64,000 nucleotides of DNA from a virus (IMGVR_UViG_3300021387_000104:3409-67408); one strand, 5' to 3'. Shown: positions 9,171 to 15,743, counted from the first letter of the stretch. Program-made: numbers and translations. The notes: generated by a model from the sequence alone, not told the origin.

Positions 9171-9281
9171 CGGTGCGGATAAAACTTGATTCTGTAAATG
9201 CCAACCATGGCTAAAGACGGAATCGAACCGGCAGTTCGTAAATATGCACACGAAGTAACAGAATCATGCAATGCCACACCG
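9171..9281 (-). ncRNA. Array unit C: reduced unit with T arm only
   Basis: Minus strand: CGGTGTGG-CATTGC-A-TGATTCTG-TTACTTCG...CCGG TTCGATT CCG...CAGAATCA...TTTAT-CCGCACCG. Confidence 0.72.
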
Positions 9282-9283
9282 AA

Positions 9284-9330
9284 CTCTCCCGACAGGGTTT
9301 GAACCTGTGACATTCTGCTTAACAGTCAGG
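9284..9330 (-). pseudogene. 3' half of tRNA-Asn(GTT); left inversion junction
   Basis: Minus strand: CCTGA CTGTTAA GCAGA ATGTC ACAGG TTCAAAC CCTGT CGGGAGA G; no D arm upstream in this orientation. Confidence 0.8.
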
Positions 9331-9470
9331 TGAAAAACCTGAATTTTACAGCGTTTTCAAGCACTATGTTATAAACATGTTATAAACCGGAATACAGTTT
9401 TATCAACACAAATAGTCTTATTACACTGGCTTTGATGACATATTATTGACACAATTGATATATGAACGGG

Positions 9471-9499
9471 TTGCAAAACAAACAAAAGCAGTGTATTAT
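9471..9499 (+). promoter_or_regulatory. Sigma-A promoter inside the putative invertible segment
   Basis: TTGCAA-17 nt-TATTAT with TG before the -10; followed by hairpin CGTGTTCA-CT-TGAACACG. Confidence 0.7.
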
Positions 9500-9521
9500 A
9501 TATGCGTGTTCACTTGAACAC

Positions 9522-9657
9522 GAACGGCATTGCAGGTAACGGTTACTTCAAGCCAGATTTGTGTCAATGGTTCGATTCCATTCCCAGTCCTACGGGCTGG
9601 CGTAGCTCAGATGGTAGAGCAAAATCACGAAAACACCGTTGCCAAATTTATCCGTTT
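9522..9657 (+). ncRNA. Array unit D: circularly permuted tRNA-like RNA (plus strand in this orientation)
   Basis: GAACGG-CATTGC-A-GGTAACGGT-TACTTC...AATGG TTCGATT CCATT-CCCAGTCC TACG GGCTGG-CG-TA-GCTC AGATGGTA GAGC...ACCGTTGCC-AAATTTAT-CCGTTT. Confidence 0.8.
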
Positions 9658-9663
9658 GTCTTA

Positions 9664-9754
9664 TGCGTGGGTTCATGACACGGCCCGTCTGATCAACGGA
9701 GCACGCCATGACAATGAGGCTAACATTGTGAAGGGTAGCCACCTTCCCCACGCA
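9664..9754 (+). ncRNA. Four-way-junction RNA candidate with complementary loops
   Basis: Closing stem TGCGTGGG/CCCACGCA and three internal arms; loop segments GGCTA (9718-9722) and TAGCC (9736-9740) are complementary. Confidence 0.55.
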
Positions 9755-9760
9755 GGTTAT

Positions 9761-9836
9761 TCTCCTGTAGCTCAGTCGGTAGAGCGTCTGCCTGTTAATC
9801 AGGGTGTCCCGGGTTCGAGTCCCTGATGGCGCACCA
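9761..9836 (+). pseudogene. Chimeric 76-nt tRNA: Asn(GTT) 5' half joined to an unrelated 3' half; right inversion junction and att core
   Basis: Canonical D arm, T loop and CCA, but the acceptor TCTCCTG/ATGGCGC pairs at only 3 of 7 positions and the anticodon stem TCTGC/TCAGG is imperfect. Confidence 0.8.
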
Positions 9837-9840
9837 CATG

Positions 9841-9884
9841 AAAGCCCCGAAAGTTTCGAGAGATTCAGAACTTTCGGGGTTTTT
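9841..9884. terminator. Hairpin terminator downstream of the att core and integrase
   Basis: AAA-GCCCCGAAAGTT...AACTTTCGGGGT-TTTT. Confidence 0.75.
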
Positions 9885-9996
9885 CCTGTTATAAACGGGT
9901 TCTTCAATAATTCTCTGAAATTCCCTCTGGTTTATAACACGGTTTATAACATTAGATTACGGGTTTTTTGGCGAAATCTACGACACTATTCTGACA

Positions 9997-11061
9997 CTAT
10001 TTGATCTGGTCGGTAATCGCCTTTAGGTCGGATAAGGTAGAAGACTGATAGTGCTTCTTGGTGGTCTCGTAACTGGCGTGGCCCATCAGTTCGGCCTTGT
10101 CTTTGTCCGCCCCGACGAGTTTTTTAATTTTATTGGAATAGGTGTGTCTGGTGGCATATGGTACTTTGCCAACGATGCCGAGCTTGTCCATCATGGGATG
10201 CCAGATGAATTTGTTAAAGTACCTGGTAGGCATGACGGAATAAGTGCCGGTGGGTTTGCCTTTCCGGTCAAGGTCGATGCGCGGGAAAAGCAAATCCGTA
10301 CCATCAATCGCAAGGCAACGCTCGATAATCGGCTGCACACTGGATGGAATGGGAACTATACGGGTTTTTCCGGCCTCGGTCTTGATGCCGCCAGCAATGT
10401 AGTGTACGCTGTTTTCGGTATAGTAGTCAGACTTTTTGAAATTGAAAAACTCAGTTGGGCGATGACCAAGGTAGCATAAGGCGACTACATAATCAGCATA
10501 AGGAAGTCCTGATTCGGAGATACGTTTCAGTTCTTCCTCGCTTAGTGGTTCGTAATGTGTGGTCTCCTCATCGCCGGTGTAGAGGTTCGCGGCATTGTTC
10601 TTATAGATTTGGTCATCGTCGATGGCGTATTTGAAAACCAGTCCGGCAGTGACCTTCATCAAATCTTTTGTGCGTCTTCCTTTAGAGCAATTATCTATAC
10701 AGTTTTGCAAGTCAACCGCGCTGATCATGTCGATCTTCGTATAATGCAGTGGTTTGAAATGAATATTAAACACAGATGCATAGCCTTCCATGGTCTTTGC
10801 AGACACACGGTCAGCATATGACGCAGACCAACTTTTGAAGTTGTCAAGGAACGTCTTTGGTGGATGTTTGACGCGCTTTTTTTCAATGAGATCAGATAGA
10901 TAGTTCATCGCGTCTTTTTTCTTTTCAAAGCCGCCCTTGGTCTTCCAAACCGGCTTCAAACCAGCTTTGTTATCGGCAGGCTCATAGTGATCCACAACGC
11001 GTGCCGTCCAGGTGTTTCCGCGTTTATAGACGTTCCCTGTGCCGTTGGGGCGTTTGGACAT
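9997..11061 (-). CDS. int: Tyrosine integrase
   Basis: N-terminal arm-binding-like KRPNGTGNVYKR; catalytic GHRPTE (R), KTEAG (K), YATRHTY, LMGH and HY; AAGGAG RBS. Confidence 0.93.
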   Translation of the reverse strand: MSKRPNGTGNVYKRGNTWTARVVDHYEPADNKAGLKPVWKTKGGFEKKKDAMNYLSDLIEKKRVKHPPKTFLDNFKSWSASYADRVSAKTMEGYASVFNIHFKPLHYTKIDMISAVDLQNCIDNCSKGRRTKDLMKVTAGLVFKYAIDDDQIYKNNAANLYTGDEETTHYEPLSEEELKRISESGLPYADYVVALCYLGHRPTEFFNFKKSDYYTENSVHYIAGGIKTEAGKTRIVPIPSSVQPIIERCLAIDGTDLLFPRIDLDRKGKPTGTYSVMPTRYFNKFIWHPMMDKLGIVGKVPYATRHTYSNKIKKLVGADKDKAELMGHASYETTKKHYQSSTLSDLKAITDQIK

Positions 11062-11066
11062 ATCAT

Positions 11067-11711
11067 TCACTCCTTAAACATTCGCGTGAAGCCGACCGGC
11101 TTGCCTAAGATGCGAACGATGTTGTACTCGTCGAATGGCATAAACATAGGCTGATATGATGGATTGTCACTAACCAGCAACAGACCGTTATTCTGGCGAT
11201 AGACGTGTTTGAGCGTCGCGCTGTCGTCGAGCAATACGACAAGCACTTGTCCGTCATAGTCGATGGTATCTTGTGCGCGGATGAATACCACATCGCCGTC
11301 AAGAAAGTTGGGGCTCATGCTGTCACCGCTGATGCGGAGGGCGTAGTCTGCTTTGCACGGGCAGTCGATATAAGCATCATAACTCTCCTCGGCCAGGATC
11401 GGAGTGCCGGCGGCGACGGAGCCGATAAGGGGAACTTTGCTGAATGAGTCGGGGTTGATTTCCTTTAAACCGTTTGGCAAGCTGGTTTTATTCCATCCCA
11501 AGACAGCGGGAACATCAAGCGACAGCACTTTACATATTTTGACGATACTATCGAGAGAGAATTTTTGAGTTTTCCCTGTGACCCATCGATTAATAGACGA
11601 CTTGGCAACGCCTGTCTTTTCGCCAAGTTGCTCATAAGTAATTCCTTCAGAGGTCATGGCTTCAAGTATCCGTTGCCTTATGACCGGGGCTAATACTTCA
11701 TAATTATCCAT
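11067..11711 (-). CDS. cI: CI-like repressor (HTH plus S24 autoproteolytic domain)
   Basis: XRE HTH; VPLIGSVAAG cleavage region; GDSM (Ser) and TLKH (Lys). Confidence 0.92.
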   Translation of the reverse strand: MDNYEVLAPVIRQRILEAMTSEGITYEQLGEKTGVAKSSINRWVTGKTQKFSLDSIVKICKVLSLDVPAVLGWNKTSLPNGLKEINPDSFSKVPLIGSVAAGTPILAEESYDAYIDCPCKADYALRISGDSMSPNFLDGDVVFIRAQDTIDYDGQVLVVLLDDSATLKHVYRQNNGLLLVSDNPSYQPMFMPFDEYNIVRILGKPVGFTRMFKE

Positions 11712-11736
11712 AGAAACGACCTCCTTTTCAAAAAAT

Positions 11737-11852
11737 ATTATAATGTAGGAATCCCAATAATGCAATACTAAATCAAAAATTTTTGAAATTTTATCCCAAA
11801 AAGGGGTTGACAAGTTATTTCGCTTGTGTTAAGATTATCCCAGTTCCGGGAC
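11737..11852. promoter_or_regulatory. Divergent cI/cro promoters with three operator-like palindromes
   Basis: Rightward TTGACA(11807)-17-TAAGAT; leftward TTGCAT-17-TATAAT (11765 to 11737). ATCCCA-N4-TGGGAT variants at 11751, 11793 and 11837; a perfect copy at 12081. Confidence 0.8.
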
Positions 11853-11871
11853 GAAAGGAGGGCAAGGCAGG

Positions 11872-12090
11872 GTGATTAACACAAATCTGTTAAAAGCCAA
11901 GATCGTCGCAAACGGCTTTACACAAGAACAGATTGCACAGAAAATGGGAATGTCAAAGAATACGTTTTCCTCAAAAATCAACAACAAATCGCCGTTTAAT
12001 ATTGCGGAAGTATTCCAACTTTGTGAACTTCTTCATATTGAAAACGCTGAAGAAAAATGTGCTATTTTTTTAGCCGGGGCATCCCAATAA
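11872..12090 (+). CDS. cro: Cro-like XRE regulator
   Basis: Short HTH protein divergent from cI. Confidence 0.82.
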   Translation: MINTNLLKAKIVANGFTQEQIAQKMGMSKNTFSSKINNKSPFNIAEVFQLCELLHIENAEEKCAIFLAGASQ

Positions 12091-12292
12091 TGGGATAATG
12101 GAGCAAAGGAGGTGAAGGCTATGAAGCACGGCAACGGTCCGCCTGAGAAAAGAAAAAGCCCTGCACAGCGGCAACTGTGAAGGGCGGTCAGCCGGAGGGC
12201 TGATGTAATAACTACTGGTTAAGTGTAACAGAAAAAAGTGAAAATGTCAAATCTGAAATGAAAAATGAAAAATGAAAAGGAGTAAATGAGTT

Positions 12293-12991
12293 ATGGCTAA
12301 GAAGACTGAAGAAAAGGCTGTCATCAAGATCAACCCCATCAAGCTGCAGAAGGCGCGCATCACTATCGTGGGCGACACGCCGCTGATCGTGCATTCCTGG
12401 TCGGAAAAGGCGAAAAAAGAGATGCTGGCGGTTCAGCAGAAAGTTGCAAAAGCCAAGAAGGCCAAGGACATTCGCGATCCGTTTGCTGAGTTCATGGATG
12501 CTGCTTACTGGATTACCCCTGAACCGGAAGAGAAGACCCCAGAAGCGTTTGAAAAAGCCGTGGCAGACGGTGCGAAGTTCGGCTTCAAGGTCATTCCGTT
12601 TAAGCTTGCGGCTATCAGCGCCTGCTACCGTGCCGGCATCACCAAGAACAAAGTGGATCTGATGTGCTCATTCTTTGTGAACGCTGTGGACGGTGTGTGT
12701 CACGCGACCGGTGAAGAACTGGCAGTCATCCGCTCCGACAGGCCTCCCATTCTGCGCGAGGACATGGTGAGGATCGGCGGCATCAGCAAGACTGCCGACC
12801 TGCGTTATCGTCCTTCCTTCGTCAACTGGAAGACTGACCTTGAGGTTACCCTGATCGACACCGGTGTGTTCGATATGCGCAGCATCATCGAGGCGATCAA
12901 CTTGGGCGGCTTCATGAACGGTGTCGGCGAGTGGCGAATGGAAAAGTGCGGTGATTTCGGGCGATTCCATGTGGAACTTGCGGAGGAGTAA
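12293..12991 (+). CDS. RAMP/Cas7-like RRM-fold protein (candidate guide-RNA-binding effector, Vipr-like)
   Basis: N-terminal strand ITIVGDTPLIVH and C-terminal glycine-rich loop GGFMNGVGEWRMEKCGDFGRFHV; lies upstream of the pentamer array. Motif-level recognition only. Confidence 0.7.
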   Translation: MAKKTEEKAVIKINPIKLQKARITIVGDTPLIVHSWSEKAKKEMLAVQQKVAKAKKAKDIRDPFAEFMDAAYWITPEPEEKTPEAFEKAVADGAKFGFKVIPFKLAAISACYRAGITKNKVDLMCSFFVNAVDGVCHATGEELAVIRSDRPPILREDMVRIGGISKTADLRYRPSFVNWKTDLEVTLIDTGVFDMRSIIEAINLGGFMNGVGEWRMEKCGDFGRFHVELAEE

Positions 12992-12992
12992 G

Positions 12993-13460
12993 ATGGCGGC
13001 TTTCAGTTACGCATACCATGTCCCTGGCTTGCAGAAGAACCCGGTCGAGGTTGTCGGCAAGGTACTGAACGAGTTGGCTAACAGCAACGGCGGACTAACC
13101 CCAAAGACGCTGCTGGATGCCAGCCGCGACGTGAATGCACCGCTCCACAACGAATTTGAATGGAATGACGGCATCGCCGCTGAGAAGTACCGAGAGTACC
13201 AAGCAAGGCAGATCATCCTGAATGTGTACGTCAAGTACTCTACCGACGAGCAGGAACGCGAACAGCAGGAACGGGCGTATGTCCCTGTTCCTGGCGGTAA
13301 AAGCGCCTATGTATCGCTGAAAGCCGCCCTGACCAATGATGAGTGGAAAGCCCATCTGATGGAAGAGGCCAAGCGCGACATGAAAGCCTTTGCCGCGAAG
13401 TACCGCAGACTGATTGAACTGCAAGACCTGATCCATGAAATGGAAGCGTTGTTCACATGA
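12993..13460 (+). CDS. Conserved partner protein of the RAMP-like gene
   Basis: GGAGGAG RBS; LTPKTLLDASRD...PLHNEFEWND..AAEKYR..QARQII motif; sits between the RAMP-like gene and the array. Confidence 0.75.
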   Translation: MAAFSYAYHVPGLQKNPVEVVGKVLNELANSNGGLTPKTLLDASRDVNAPLHNEFEWNDGIAAEKYREYQARQIILNVYVKYSTDEQEREQQERAYVPVPGGKSAYVSLKAALTNDEWKAHLMEEAKRDMKAFAAKYRRLIELQDLIHEMEALFT

Positions 13461-13575
13461 GAGCAACGGAAATGAAGGTGCCTGAACCGTACCAGAGAGG
13501 ACGGCACCGAAGTAGCACGGACGAAAAGCCTGTGTGAGGTAGCCTGAGATGGTGAGACATGGTACGACAAGATTA

Positions 13576-14370
13576 GGCAGTATTGGCAAGTTTAGACCTG
13601 TCGCGTTAAGGCAAGGCGCGGAATGGCAGTATCGGAAAGGCAGGTCGTGGTGAGGCGAGGCAATGCACGGATTGGCAGTCTAGGAGAGGCTTGGTGTGTC
13701 AGGGCGCGGATAGGCGTGTTCAGGCTTGGCAGTCAAGGTTCGTCACGGTCGTGTTGGGTTCGTAATGGCATGGAACGGAACGGCAGTTAAGGCAAGGAGC
13801 GGTTAGTTCAGGCGAGCCACGGCATGTAAAGGTCAGTTTAGGCAGTCCTGGATAGGCGAGCCGAGGCGTGGCCCGGAGAGGTACGGCCTGGGATGGCAGT
13901 CAGGGCTTGTTGTGGACGGGCACGTATCGGCCTGGCTTGGAGCGGCAGTCGCGGATAGGCAGTGTTCGGTTAGTCGCGGTTGGGACTGGCAGTATCGGAA
14001 TGTCAGGTAATGGCTTGTTCAGGCAGATTTTGGTTTGGCTATGTCTGGTATGGACAGGCAGTCAGGGCAAGGCCGGTTTAGGCGTCGATGGGATCGCATC
14101 GGACGGGCAGTCAAGGTAAGGCGAGTCGCGGAATGGCTTGCACAGGCTCGGAAGGGCAGTCTTGGAGAGGATGGGCTAGGCTCGGACCTGTTCGTCAAGG
14201 CATGGCAGTCATGGATGGGTTTGGCAAGGCTCGTACAGGCGCGGAATGGCAGTCATGGATGGGCCCGGAAGCGTTCGTTTGGTTGCGGCAGGGGGTGGCA
14301 AGCTCTGGCATGGCAGTCATGGAGAGGCGTGTCAAGCTGAGACGTGGACTGGCTGTGCGCGCAACGGCAG
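13576..14370 (+). repeat. Array of 15 units: GGCAG-TNNN head plus 7-12 GGN-NN pentamers (candidate guide-RNA array)
   Basis: GGCAGT heads at 13576, 13625, 13674, 13728, 13782, 13841, 13895, 13944, 13988, 14057, 14106, 14155, 14204, 14248 and 14312; closing GGCAG at 14366. All spacings (44-69 nt) equal 5n+4. Confidence 0.92.
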
Positions 14371-14400
14371 GAATGAAAACATCGAAAGGGGTGAGGAAGC

Positions 14401-14640
14401 ATGACATTCAGCGAAATTGAGAGTTCTGAAAAAGACTTTCTCACTCCTTCCGATGTAGCGCCAATTATGGGTTGTATGCCGTACAGCCTGAACGTGCAAG
14501 CCAAGGAGGATATCACGAAACTTGGGTTCCCTGCGTCGCTGGTCGGCACAAGGTTACTGATCCCACGCCTTGGCTTCATCCGGTGGGTGAAATACGGGAA
14601 CGCTCCGTTAGGAGAAAGGGAGGAAGAATATGGACGCTGA
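14401..14640 (+). CDS. Excisionase-like winged-helix protein
   Basis: FLTPSDVAPIMGC...LVGTRLLIPRLGFIRW. Confidence 0.65.
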   Translation: MTFSEIESSEKDFLTPSDVAPIMGCMPYSLNVQAKEDITKLGFPASLVGTRLLIPRLGFIRWVKYGNAPLGEREEEYGR

Positions 14641-14824
14641 GACGATGAAACTGTTGCAGGATGCGGAGATGGCGCTGAAGACCGTGAAGGACGACGGCGT
14701 GATGATAGGTATCGGGCTGTTCGTGGTCATCGGGCTGACGATCTGGTATCTGTCTTATCTGCTGGACCGGTGGTCGTGGATCCCGCGCAAGCGGCACAAC
14801 CGCGTATTCAACGAACGGTTCTGA
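14630..14824 (+). CDS. Small membrane protein
   Basis: One TM helix; GGAGG RBS. Confidence 0.55.
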   Translation: MDAETMKLLQDAEMALKTVKDDGVMIGIGLFVVIGLTIWYLSYLLDRWSWIPRKRHNRVFNERF

Positions 14825-14835
14825 GGTGACGGCGC

Positions 14836-15036
14836 ATGGGAAAGCATGAGTATTACTGTACACAGCGTCCCGCTGTGCCAGGCGCGATACCGCGCGGCGT
14901 GGTCGGAATCATGGAACTGGACAAGGCGAACATCATTCCGGAAATCGGGAAGGGCGCTTACTCCATCGTAGTATATGACCGTGAACTGACTTGGCAGGAA
15001 ATGCAAGACTTTGAACTGACGGAAAAGAGGAGTTGA
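14836..15036 (+). CDS. DarA C-terminal-like small domain protein (tentative)
   Basis: YYCTQRP..PGAIP...VYDRELT..EM.DFEL pattern. Confidence 0.5.
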   Translation: MGKHEYYCTQRPAVPGAIPRGVVGIMELDKANIIPEIGKGAYSIVVYDRELTWQEMQDFELTEKRS

Positions 15037-15453
15037 ACATGCTATCCAGACCGTGGGCAGACGATGACGAGATGATCGAAGACGCGCGGAGACACCACTG
15101 GGTCGGATGCTACTGGGAACAAGGCGATGAGTGGGTCACTGAGCCTGAAAGTGAGGGCGAAGAAGATGACGGGTCTGATGAGTGATGTGATGCTGATTCT
15201 GGGCGGGATGCTGGTCGCCGGACCTATCGGATACCTGATTGCAACGGTCAAGCGCGACAGACGGGAACGGCGATATGACGCGCCGATTCCGGTAACGCCT
15301 GATTATGACGAAACGAATCCGATCAACGGCAAGGGCAACCACGGACAGACCGTAGAGATGTGCGGGGCTACGTGGTATCTGAGATGAACAATGCTTTGCG
15401 GCACAGACTAAAGCATAGCCACAGATAATATCATCAAAAAGGAGGTACGCAAA

Positions 15454-15741
15454 ATGGGGAAACTGTCGCGAATCGAATGCGAAAGCGCGATACTGCGCAA
15501 GATGAAAGAAATCATAGATATTTACCATAAATACGACCCGGATGGCGACTATATATCATTATGTATGATTGATAACAAAAGCATCCATATCAATAACGTC
15601 AGTTATGAAGACGGCAAGACTATCAATTGCTTCATGCCAGACAGAAATGGGAACAACGCCTTTGGTACTGTGTTCATGCACGGCAACAACCATTGCATTG
15701 AGTTTGACATCCGTGACGCAAATCTTGTAAGCGGTGACTGA
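15454..15741 (+). CDS. Hypothetical protein
   Basis: AAGGAGGT RBS. Confidence 0.6.
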   Translation: MGKLSRIECESAILRKMKEIIDIYHKYDPDGDYISLCMIDNKSIHINNVSYEDGKTINCFMPDRNGNNAFGTVFMHGNNHCIEFDIRDANLVSGD

Positions 15742-15743
15742 CT

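Larger units (their letters stand above)
9367..9951. repeat. Five perfect TGTTATAAAC 10-mers, putative integrase arm-type sites
   Basis: Plus-strand copies at 9367, 9378 and 9887; minus-strand copies at 9930 and 9942. They flank the tRNA-derived cores next to the integrase gene. Confidence 0.75.

Noticed and set aside
8871-9657. Units A-D as ordinary tRNA genes or tRNA pseudogenes
   Set aside because: The T arm precedes the D arm, the acceptor is closed by a loop, and all share a non-tRNA closing motif with covarying stems, which argues against random decay.
9319-9798. Misassembly or the serine recombinase as the cause of the inversion
   Set aside because: The shared sequence is only 7 bp, too short to confuse usual assembly k-mers. 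A 7-bp overlap with symmetric flanks and arm repeats beside a tyrosine integrase fits Int, not the 2-bp crossover of serine enzymes. Read-level confirmation is still needed.
9761-9836. Functional tRNA-Asn as assembled
   Set aside because: The acceptor pairs at only 3 of 7 positions, the anticodon and T stems are mismatched and the discriminator is A. It is explained as a recombination junction.
13576-14370. CRISPR array or simple satellite
   Set aside because: The only constant part is a 6-7-nt head, there are no 23-50-nt identical repeats or cas1/cas2, and units are not copies of one another.
13868-14420. ORFs of 83-110 aa predicted across the pentamer array on both strands
   Set aside because: They have no RBS, are W/G/R-rich by-products of the GG periodicity, and a strict 5-nt period with 5n+4 units breaks reading frames.
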